This document shows positions 8,967-17,189 of a DNA stretch of 64,000 nt, in pieces. The notes under the pieces were generated by a model. The model was given only the letters and a program-made list of their open reading frames with translations. It was not told the origin of the DNA and did no database searches. The stretch spans positions 132,582 through 196,581 of IMG/VR virus record IMGVR_UViG_3300030329_003470; one strand, 5' to 3'. How positions within the stretch are numbered: position 1 is the stretch's first letter; every line of letters begins with the position of its first letter. Both the position numbers and the translations under genes were made by a program. Source of the stretch: a virus.

Positions 8967-9669
8967 GGCCTTTCATACTCATACAAATTTTATAAAATTC
9001 ATCTCTAGTTGCTGGATCATCTTTAAATGCACCAAGCATAATTGCAGTTGTCATATCAGATTCGTGTTCTCTTACGCCTCTGTGTGTCATGCAATGGTGT
9101 TCTGCTTTAACTACTACTGCAATATGTTTTGTGTGTGCATATTCTTGTAATGCTTCTGCAATTTGTGTTGTCATTTCTTCTTGTATTTGTGGTCTTTCTA
9201 CAATGTGATGTATAATTCTGTTAAACTTACTCAAACCAATTACTTGTCCGTTTGGAATAATACCTACCCATGCGTTACCTACAATGTTTTGTAAATGGTG
9301 AGCACACGTAGATTTAATACTAATTGGACCACTAGTGTACATACTCTTGTAACCCATATTAGGAAAACTTGTAACTCTTGGCATTGGATTATATCTGCCA
9401 CCAAATGTTTCTTGTATATACATTTTAGCGACACGTTTTGCAGTTTCTTGTGTGTTGTGATCGTTTTCTGTATCAATTACAAGACTTTCTAGTACCCCTT
9501 GTAATTTTTCTTGCACTTCTACTTGTAATTTTTCTAATTCGCCTTCTTCTATGTATTCTGCAATATTATCGTTTGCATGGAATCGTTTACCTGCTTTTTG
9601 AATTCTTTCTTTTATTTGTTTACTAATTGGTCCTGTTGGTTGCCAACTATCTTTTAACATATCTTCCAT
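8959..9669 (-). CDS. folE: GTP cyclohydrolase I
   Basis: ETAKRVAKMY, STCAHH, GLSKFNR, QIQEEMT, HHCMTHRGV. Confidence 0.95.
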   Translation of the reverse strand: MEDMLKDSWQPTGPISKQIKERIQKAGKRFHANDNIAEYIEEGELEKLQVEVQEKLQGVLESLVIDTENDHNTQETAKRVAKMYIQETFGGRYNPMPRVTSFPNMGYKSMYTSGPISIKSTCAHHLQNIVGNAWVGIIPNGQVIGLSKFNRIIHHIVERPQIQEEMTTQIAEALQEYAHTKHIAVVVKAEHHCMTHRGVREHESDMTTAIMLGAFKDDPATRDEFYKICMSMKGHE

Positions 9670-9684
9670 AATTTATATCCTATC

Positions 9685-9713
9685 ATTATAATTGTTTTTG
9701 CTTGTTTCGTCAA
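9685..9713 (-). promoter_or_regulatory. sigma70 promoter upstream of folE
   Basis: TTGACG-N17-TATAAT. Confidence 0.8.
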
Positions 9714-9714
9714 T

Positions 9715-10323
9715 TTAAAAGACATCTCCATTGCATTTAATTTGGTCGCTACAAATTTTGTAAATTAGATCTATATAATTAGAAGAACCAAATTGAGGGT
9801 TAATACCAAAACATTGGTATTTTGTATTAAAGTTTTTCATTACCAAATAGTTTGTAAATTTATAACCACTGTAATCAGCATAATCATCAACACCTTTAAC
9901 ATTTTTATCAATGTAACTAGACAGCATCCAACCTATAGTAGCATTTTTATCTAACTTATTTCGTTCTTCAAGTGTTTTGATTATTGTAAAAGGAAATTGA
10001 CAACTTAACCAATAACTTTTACTCCAGTTTGCAGTCAAATTCCATAAATCAAAAGTTTTAATTGTATCAGTGAAATTTTCTTTTGATAGAGCAGATGAAT
10101 TTTGGTTGAAAAATATAAAGTCTATATTTTGATTTATTTGTTTACAAAGTTTATGCAGTTGTGGAATATGAAAAGTTTTCCAGTCTATTATAAAGTTTTC
10201 TACATTTTCTAATTTTGATTCACTAGAGCCAACATTAATTACTTTAAAGTTTGCTTGTTGGCAACCTTTTATTATGTTTTCTCCTCTTGTTCCACCACAC
10301 CCTATTAATAATGCTGTTTTCAT
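9715..10323 (-). CDS. Rossmann-fold, degenerate SDR-like protein
   Basis: ALLIGCGG N-terminal motif, Y..YK near C-terminus. Confidence 0.55.
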   Translation of the reverse strand: MKTALLIGCGGTRGENIIKGCQQANFKVINVGSSESKLENVENFIIDWKTFHIPQLHKLCKQINQNIDFIFFNQNSSALSKENFTDTIKTFDLWNLTANWSKSYWLSCQFPFTIIKTLEERNKLDKNATIGWMLSSYIDKNVKGVDDYADYSGYKFTNYLVMKNFNTKYQCFGINPQFGSSNYIDLIYKICSDQIKCNGDVF

Positions 10324-11459
10324 ATTAGATCCTTAAAAACTAGTTGCCAGTTTTTAGTATGACGTTTTGTGATTGAATCAAGACAATCGTTATATTCATA
10401 TTCGTTACTTAATCGAATACGATCAATACAATTTTTTAAATTGTTTATGAGGTTGTTGTGTTCTAAAGAAATAGTGTATATCAATTTTCTTAAATCATTA
10501 ACTATTTTTTCTTTTTTATCGCTAGGATAGTTTCTAGCATCAATTTCTTTTGGCGAATGCAAAGTGTTTATAGTAATATCTTGTATTTGTTCATCATGAT
10601 AAAAGAAATTTATTACATCACAAATATCTATTGCATTTATAACACTAAAAATCATATTCACTCTAATATCAAAGTTTGTGTTTTGTTTTATAAATCGTAG
10701 ATTATCTATGAACGTATTCCAATTAGATCCGTTCCTTATGTAATCAAATTTATCATACAATGCATCACAACTCATTGTTAATTGTACATTATTAAATGTT
10801 TTCAATATTTTAAATAATTTATTGTTTGGTTTCCAATGCATATTAGTATTAATTCTAATTGGAATATCTTTGTTTTTTAATTGTTCTAAAAGTACATGAT
10901 TGTATGGTATGTAGAAAGGTTCTCCACCACTCATATATATCTCTTTAATAAGATCTTGATTTTTTACAACCATTTGATTTATTCTATCAATGTTTTGTTT
11001 TTTTACTGGAGTTATGAATACGTTTTCTGCTTTTGCTATAAGACTGCTTTGAGTTGCATCGCACATAACACATTTTAAATTACACACATTTGACCAGTGT
11101 AAATCAATAAATCTTAAATCAAAATTTTCAATGTTTTCGTAATCAACTTCTTCTTTTACTAGTCTAGCATTGTAGTGGTCACGTAGATAACTAAAATTTT
11201 CTTCTTTGATTGATCTATTTTGACATTCGACACAATTTGCGTCTGGTTGGTTGTTTAACATATTAGTCTTAATCCTTTTTAGTGTTGGATTTTTCCTAAG
11301 TATTTCCATAATATCGGTGTCATTAACATTGCCAAATTTCTCTCGTCCTACACTACAAGTTTTTATGTCGCCGTTTGTGAATATCTCAAAGTTTGTCCAC
11401 GGAACAACGCAGAAGTGTTTGTTTGTTCTAAATAAATGAAATTTTTTTTTTGGGTCCAT
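10320..11459 (-). CDS. Radical SAM protein with N-terminal SPASM/twitch-like cluster (paralog 2)
   Basis: FCVVPW...TC, CVEC, CNLKCVMC, MSGGEP. Confidence 0.88.
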   Translation of the reverse strand: MDPKKKFHLFRTNKHFCVVPWTNFEIFTNGDIKTCSVGREKFGNVNDTDIMEILRKNPTLKRIKTNMLNNQPDANCVECQNRSIKEENFSYLRDHYNARLVKEEVDYENIENFDLRFIDLHWSNVCNLKCVMCDATQSSLIAKAENVFITPVKKQNIDRINQMVVKNQDLIKEIYMSGGEPFYIPYNHVLLEQLKNKDIPIRINTNMHWKPNNKLFKILKTFNNVQLTMSCDALYDKFDYIRNGSNWNTFIDNLRFIKQNTNFDIRVNMIFSVINAIDICDVINFFYHDEQIQDITINTLHSPKEIDARNYPSDKKEKIVNDLRKLIYTISLEHNNLINNLKNCIDRIRLSNEYEYNDCLDSITKRHTKNWQLVFKDLI

Positions 11460-11465
11460 AAATTA

Positions 11466-12497
11466 TCATTGAATATTTTTTTTATGAACTTTATTATACC
11501 ATTTTAGTGCAGTAGCAACAACATTATCAATTGAACTTTGTGTTGGCTCCCAACCTAAAATTTGTTTTACTTTGGTTATGTCTGCTACTAGGTATGCAGG
11601 GTCTCCTGCTCTGTTTGGTTCAAATTTTATATCCATTTTGCCTGTATGTCTTTGTATAGTATCTAATAATTCTCTATTAGAAACAGGCGATCCAGATCCT
11701 AAATTAAAAACTTCAGCAACTTTGTTTTCAAATGCATAATTTAAAGATTTGACGTGTGCATCTGCAAGATCCATTACATGAACATAATCTCTTACACACG
11801 TTCCATCTTCGGTTGGATATTTTGTGCCAAACAATTTAAATGTTCTATTTTGTCTTGATGCTTCAATGGCCAACGGAATAATATGTGATTCTTGTTCTCT
11901 TAATTCTCCAATTTCTGCTTCTGGATCTGCACCAGCGGCATTAAAATATCTCAATCCTACACTTGATAATCCATATGCAGTTTTATAATCTTTACAAACT
12001 TGTTCCATCATTAGTTTAGTTGCACCATATGAATTGATTGGTGTACATACATCTGACTCTCTACACATTTTCATTCCTTGATCACCATAGGTGGCCGCAC
12101 TTGAAGAATATACAAATGTTTTTATATCAAGTTCAACTAATTTGTCTAAAAGAGCAATAGTGTTAATAAGATTATTTTTATAATATAGTGTTGGATTTAT
12201 TACGGATTCTGCAACAGATGTACTACCTGCAAAATGTATGCAACTTGTTATGTTGTATCTTTTAACAATTTCGTCTAGTCTATCAATTTCTTGAGGTAAT
12301 TGTAAATTGTAATTTGGACCAAACGAGTTTGCATTTTTTCTAAAATGTCTATCGACAGTTACAGGTATGTAACCGTTTTTTGATAATAGTTTACAAGTGT
12401 GTGAACCAACATATCCGGCACCTCCAGTAACTAATACTGCTCTATTCAGTCCTTTAATACTTGGATTCGGAAACTGGTGTTCTGTAGTGTTTTCCAT
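11466..12497 (-). CDS. galE: UDP-glucose 4-epimerase
   Basis: TGGAGYVGSH, SSSAATYG, YGATK, LRYFNAAGA, GTCVRDYVHV. Confidence 0.93.
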   Translation of the reverse strand: MENTTEHQFPNPSIKGLNRAVLVTGGAGYVGSHTCKLLSKNGYIPVTVDRHFRKNANSFGPNYNLQLPQEIDRLDEIVKRYNITSCIHFAGSTSVAESVINPTLYYKNNLINTIALLDKLVELDIKTFVYSSSAATYGDQGMKMCRESDVCTPINSYGATKLMMEQVCKDYKTAYGLSSVGLRYFNAAGADPEAEIGELREQESHIIPLAIEASRQNRTFKLFGTKYPTEDGTCVRDYVHVMDLADAHVKSLNYAFENKVAEVFNLGSGSPVSNRELLDTIQRHTGKMDIKFEPNRAGDPAYLVADITKVKQILGWEPTQSSIDNVVATALKWYNKVHKKNIQ

Positions 12498-13629
12498 CTC
12501 TTCTCCATTGTTCTCCCGTGCCTGTCATGATGTCTATCATTCTATCTATTGTACCGTCAGTCCAATCAGATATTTGACCCATACTAGGGGATGGTCTCAT
12601 TAATAATACTTTTAATTTTTCCATTGCGTCTCTGCCAGACCATGGAATATACATTCTTGTTTCGTCGTTTGCAAAAGTTTCTGGAAAAGATCTATATGCT
12701 GGAAACAATACGTTAGTGCCTAACGCATCTGCTTCAGATACTGTGTTAGATGTCCAATCTTGTAATGCACAATTAAACAACACTCGTGAATCTGCAAGTA
12801 TTTCATAATATTCATTCTTTTTCAAATTTTCATATATTTTTAGGTTTCCATCTTGTTCCATTACTCTTGCTCTATTAACATAAGAGGTTTCGTTGCTTCT
12901 TAAAGGACCACCGCAACAAATTGCAAATTCTACTTCTGGTAGTTTTGGATTTGCTTTCCAATGATCAATCATGTCCATAAAAAAGCCTGGTTGTTTTTCT
13001 TGATCCCATCTTGCACCAAATACAACTCTCATTTTTCTATCATTAAATTCTTTTCTATTAGGAACTCTTTCTTGTACTTCTTCTTTGCCAAAACTTAAAC
13101 CTGATATGTTGTATATGGGTGCTTTCCAATTAGCAATACGCATATGTGCAACCATTTCTTCATTTGTTGCAAGTATATTAACATTTGGAATTTCATTACA
13201 CATTTCTTCGTATAAACTCATCCATTTGCTCATACCCCAAACGTGTACAAAATCATCAGGGTCGATTGCCTGTGCTAAACATCTCAAATATATTGTTGGT
13301 CTATAATCTTCACTCACTTGTTGTAGTATGTAAGGAAGTGATTCCATACCTGGCTGAAACATATCTTCAAAGAATACAATATCTTCTTTTGTAACTTCAC
13401 CAGATTTCATCATTTGCACAAGATTCATCATTTGGCTCATACCAAAATAACTTCTGCCATGTGCATCTAATACTTGTCCTGTTACAATCGCTTCAGAGTC
13501 ATCAATTGTTGTGCCTGGTACAATTACATAGTCTATACCACGTTTTTTATATACTCTTTCTGTCCAGTCTGTTAATTGATAAGTGTATCTTGCTTGATAC
13601 GACTCTAGGCCCATGTAAAAAATTTTCAA
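12454..13629 (-). CDS. GT-B (GT4-like) glycosyltransferase
   Basis: ARWDQEKQP, FNCALQDWTSNTVSEADALG (E-x7-E-like region), two-domain length. Confidence 0.75.
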   Translation of the reverse strand: MKIFYMGLESYQARYTYQLTDWTERVYKKRGIDYVIVPGTTIDDSEAIVTGQVLDAHGRSYFGMSQMMNLVQMMKSGEVTKEDIVFFEDMFQPGMESLPYILQQVSEDYRPTIYLRCLAQAIDPDDFVHVWGMSKWMSLYEEMCNEIPNVNILATNEEMVAHMRIANWKAPIYNISGLSFGKEEVQERVPNRKEFNDRKMRVVFGARWDQEKQPGFFMDMIDHWKANPKLPEVEFAICCGGPLRSNETSYVNRARVMEQDGNLKIYENLKKNEYYEILADSRVLFNCALQDWTSNTVSEADALGTNVLFPAYRSFPETFANDETRMYIPWSGRDAMEKLKVLLMRPSPSMGQISDWTDGTIDRMIDIMTGTGEQWRRDGKHYRTPVSESKY

Positions 13630-14783
13630 TTTAATACCTCTTTGTAAAGATTTGGAAATACTTTCTTACTATCTAAATTTCTTCTATTATCCATAATTTT
13701 TATTTGTTTTTTAACTTCTTCTATATTAGCATAAAAACCAGAGTCAGTCAAATACTTTAGTAAGTTTTCCAAACCATTTTGTAATAGAAAACCTGGTTTT
13801 TCATCAATTAAATCTTCTAGTTTTCTTTTTACCTGTTTTTTTGCTTGATGTGGTAAGTTTTTAATATTAAGATAAACTGGATTATAAACAGGTCCTAATA
13901 CAAAACTGTTATTGTGAAATCCTAATCCTTGTAAGAATTTAATACAATCAAATATACTCATGTAATTTAAAATTAAATGAAGCATATTAAAACTAATTTT
14001 ATGATTTTTTAACTTAGAAATTGTTTTAATATTGTCTACAAAATCTTTCCAACGTCCACCAAATCTAATATATTCGTATTCTTCTTCAATTGATTCTATA
14101 CTTACAGTCCAATGAACGTTTTTAAATTTTTGTATTAATTGGAATACACCTGTTTTTGTATTACTTAAATTTGTGTTAACTCTTAAATGAACATCTTTAT
14201 TTTTCTTATATAATAAATCTAAAAATTCTTTATTTTCGTTCATCATTAAAGGCTCACCTCCTGCAAGATAAACATTTTTTAAATTTTCAACATTATCAAA
14301 TACGTATTCTTTTACTTTTGCAATATTGTCTTTGTCTGTTTTTTGTTTTAGGCCTAACTCTTTTGCCCATTTGGTACTATTATGAGCACCACAGTACACA
14401 CAGGCTTGATTGCATTTATTACTCCATCTTAAATCTACGTGTGTTAAATCAAAATTATTTGGGTTATTAAATAAATCTTTTTTAATGTGTGGACCTAATT
14501 CTTTAGCATAATACATTCTACTACTAATATTATCAAAACTTTTTTTTCTGCCTTGCTCTTGATAAAAACAACCATCACAACTCTTAGGATATAATCCTTG
14601 AAGCATTTGTTGTTTTATTTCAATATTTTTTGTAGAATTTAAAATGTCTTTAATATTATTTTTGTGTACATTTCCTATTATGTCTTTGGCTATTACACAG
14701 TTTTTTACACTACCGTCAGTGTTCATAATAAAGCCAGACCACGGAATAGCACAAAAGTTTTTATCTAATAGTTTCCTTGACAT
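13626..14783 (-). CDS. Radical SAM protein with N-terminal SPASM/twitch-like cluster (paralog 3)
   Basis: FCAIPW...NC, CDGC, CNQACVYC, LAGGEP. Confidence 0.88.
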   Translation of the reverse strand: MSRKLLDKNFCAIPWSGFIMNTDGSVKNCVIAKDIIGNVHKNNIKDILNSTKNIEIKQQMLQGLYPKSCDGCFYQEQGRKKSFDNISSRMYYAKELGPHIKKDLFNNPNNFDLTHVDLRWSNKCNQACVYCGAHNSTKWAKELGLKQKTDKDNIAKVKEYVFDNVENLKNVYLAGGEPLMMNENKEFLDLLYKKNKDVHLRVNTNLSNTKTGVFQLIQKFKNVHWTVSIESIEEEYEYIRFGGRWKDFVDNIKTISKLKNHKISFNMLHLILNYMSIFDCIKFLQGLGFHNNSFVLGPVYNPVYLNIKNLPHQAKKQVKRKLEDLIDEKPGFLLQNGLENLLKYLTDSGFYANIEEVKKQIKIMDNRRNLDSKKVFPNLYKEVLN

Positions 14784-14822
14784 ATAGATATTTAGATTAA
14801 AATAAATTTACGGAAAAATTTC

Positions 14823-15143
14823 TTATAGCGATTTGTCATCAAAATCGTGATAAAGAGTGTATTTTGCAGTTAGTTCTTCACCTGCTTTGATTGGTCTTGT
14901 AGTCATAAGGTATTTTACTGGAAGTTGATGCCAAAATCCTGCAACATTTTTACAATTTGGATCATCTGAATGATTGTAAAATGCACCTAAGGCAGTTCTA
15001 ATATATCCATGTGGAAAATTTTTATTATTAATATGAACAATTCCTAAGACCGTATCTTCAGCAAAATCTTTTGTAGCGAATAAACCTAAACCTTGAACTT
15101 TTGATTCTTTAATCGTCAGTCCGGCAGGTAAAGGTTTATACAT
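14823..15143 (-). CDS. Stand-alone SET-domain protein
   Basis: SKVQGLGLFATKD, FYNHSDDPNC, IKAGEELTAKY. Confidence 0.85.
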   Translation of the reverse strand: MYKPLPAGLTIKESKVQGLGLFATKDFAEDTVLGIVHINNKNFPHGYIRTALGAFYNHSDDPNCKNVAGFWHQLPVKYLMTTRPIKAGEELTAKYTLYHDFDDKSL

Positions 15144-15156
15144 AATATGATATTTA

Positions 15157-15690
15157 TTATGAGTCGCTTTTTAAAAAGTTTAACATTGTATCAGCATCTG
15201 ATACTTTGAACGGATCGTCATCATCACTAGCATCGTTCTTGCCTTCTTCAACAAATTGTTTAACAACTTCGCCGTTGTCAACAAGCATTGAATATCTCCA
15301 AGATCTTGTACCAAAACCTTGCTTAGGTTTATTCACAAGCATACCCATACCTTGTGTGAATGCACCTTCGCCATCACCTATAGGTTTGACCTTTTTAATG
15401 TTCTCATCTCTGAACCAAGCATTCATTACAAATGAATCATTCACTGACAAACAATATACTTCGTCAACACCTTGTGCTTTGATTTCGTCATATTTTGCTT
15501 CGTAACCCGGTACTTGTTGTGAAGAACAAGTTGGTGTAAATGCACCTGGAAGTGCAAACACAACAACTTTCTTACCTGAGAAAATTTCTTCTGTATCAAC
15601 ATCTTTCCATTCGCCACCAATAAATGTACATCCACCTACTGCATCAGTATCGCCAACTCTTGTTCTAAAAGTTGTATATGGTACTTTCAT
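15157..15690 (-). CDS. Peroxiredoxin (Prx5-like)
   Basis: [31 protein letters not shown]. Confidence 0.92.
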   Translation of the reverse strand: MKVPYTTFRTRVGDTDAVGGCTFIGGEWKDVDTEEIFSGKKVVVFALPGAFTPTCSSQQVPGYEAKYDEIKAQGVDEVYCLSVNDSFVMNAWFRDENIKKVKPIGDGEGAFTQGMGMLVNKPKQGFGTRSWRYSMLVDNGEVVKQFVEEGKNDASDDDDPFKVSDADTMLNFLKSDS

Positions 15691-15691
15691 G

Positions 15692-16012
15692 TTACACTGC
15701 CTCCTTTGTTAATTTAACAGCACCTTTATTGGTGTGTTTAATTCTGTGTTTGTTTTGTAATGCTAAATGTAAAAAAGTTTCATATTTTTCTTCTTTAACC
15801 ATTAACGTAACACAGTCGTCGTCTTCATTGTCATATCCGTGATATGCCCAAATGAAATCTTTGCCGTATGTCATACCTAAGTTTCCAGCAGTAGTACATA
15901 TGTTTGCTACTGCATCAACAAAAGTATATGAAGCATTTAAGGCACCACCACCAACTGGTAGATAACCCATTCTTGTTGTTGCTCTTGATTCTTTAATCGT
16001 TATTTCTTTCAT
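15692..16012 (-). CDS. Hypothetical protein
   Basis: ORF track; start refined to ATG 16012 (MKEITIKE), uncertain. Confidence 0.65.
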   Translation of the reverse strand: MKEITIKESRATTRMGYLPVGGGALNASYTFVDAVANICTTAGNLGMTYGKDFIWAYHGYDNEDDDCVTLMVKEEKYETFLHLALQNKHRIKHTNKGAVKLTKEAV

Positions 16013-16442
16013 AAACTGCGTGACTTCCATTTTCACCATCTTCAGAAACATCTATTTCAATTTTTCTGCCTGGGTATCTTTTTGTTATTGCTACATATAA
16101 ATCATCTGACATCATTTCACAAGATTTATAATCTAATTTTAATGTACCTTCACTGTACATATCTTCAATCCATCTTTTAAATTGTATAAACTCAATATCT
16201 CTATCATCATGAAATACTTCAATTGCAACTTTAAAATGAAATATATGTCTGTGTGGATGTCCTAAAAACGATACATCATATCTGTCTCCAGTTGCTAGTT
16301 TAGGATCATCTAGTGCCGCAGGATATTTGTGAATTCCTTCTTTTCTAAATGTTACCCATATCATTTTAGTTGCCATGTTGGCTTGTTCTACTAATGCTTG
16401 ATGTCTTAACTGTTCTGTACTAACTTCTTTGGCATCGGCCAT
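15993..16442 (-). CDS. QueD/PTPS-like T-fold protein
   Basis: EGIH, HPHRHIFH and KSCEM putative Zn/catalytic residues; location in Que cluster; lacks canonical CxxxHGH. Confidence 0.7.
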   Translation of the reverse strand: MADAKEVSTEQLRHQALVEQANMATKMIWVTFRKEGIHKYPAALDDPKLATGDRYDVSFLGHPHRHIFHFKVAIEVFHDDRDIEFIQFKRWIEDMYSEGTLKLDYKSCEMMSDDLYVAITKRYPGRKIEIDVSEDGENGSHAVYERNND

Positions 16443-16963
16443 ATTTGTTTCTCCTCTATTGGTTCATCTTTTTTATAATCTTCCCATTTAGTATATCCTG
16501 CTTTTGACTTAAAATCTTCCATACTCATTGTCCAAACACCAGAATTTGTTTTATTAAAATCTATGTCATCAATTTTAAAACAAAGTTGTTTATCGTTGTC
16601 TACATTTTCAAATATTATAGAACAAAACGGTATAAATTTTTCATGATTCCAAACAAGATTAAATTGTTTTTGTACTTCGTTGTGCATAGAGTAAGGATAA
16701 TCTAAAGTTACAAAATATCCACGTTCTAATAGTTGTGTCATTTGTCCTACTTGGTTTGCAACATTTGATATAAATGATCTATTTGCTCCATAATAAACTG
16801 CTTCTGCTTTAACACTTTCACATAGTTCTTGAATTTGATCATATGTAAGATCGTTACGTGCAAGAAACAATGTTTGCAATCCATATGCAAGTGTGTGTTC
16901 TATTTCTTTACCAGAAAATACACCTACACCTTCTTTTATTCCAGTTTTATAATCTCGAAGCAT
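16406..16963 (-). CDS. Hypothetical protein in deazaguanine cluster
   Basis: ORF track; own consensus promoter. Confidence 0.75.
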   Translation of the reverse strand: MLRDYKTGIKEGVGVFSGKEIEHTLAYGLQTLFLARNDLTYDQIQELCESVKAEAVYYGANRSFISNVANQVGQMTQLLERGYFVTLDYPYSMHNEVQKQFNLVWNHEKFIPFCSIIFENVDNDKQLCFKIDDIDFNKTNSGVWTMSMEDFKSKAGYTKWEDYKKDEPIEEKQIWPMPKKLVQNS

Positions 16964-16968
16964 ACTGT

Positions 16969-16997
16969 ATTATACTATTAAACTATTTTTTTGTCAA
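16969..16997 (-). promoter_or_regulatory. Consensus sigma70 promoter, 5 nt from start codon
   Basis: TTGACA-N17-TATAAT-N5-ATG. Confidence 0.85.
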
Positions 16998-17180
16998 TGT
17001 CCGTTTGGCTTTAGCGATTGCATCTTTTATTGCAAGTTTGGTTTTTTTCAAACGCATTAAAAGTTGTTTGCTTTCGTCACTTCTATCTTGTTTTCTATCT
17101 TTGGTGAGTTCTGATACCTTTCTATTTAGGTAATCGTGATGATCTTCTAATTTTTTTAATTTTTTATCTTTACCAGCCAT
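16983..17180 (-). CDS. DUF465/YdcH-like small coiled-coil protein
   Basis: L..HH..L...V..L...L.RLKK.KL.IKD.I pattern. Confidence 0.65.
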   Translation of the reverse strand: MAGKDKKLKKLEDHHDYLNRKVSELTKDRKQDRSDESKQLLMRLKKTKLAIKDAIAKAKRTLTKK

Positions 17181-17189
17181 TTTTCTCTC

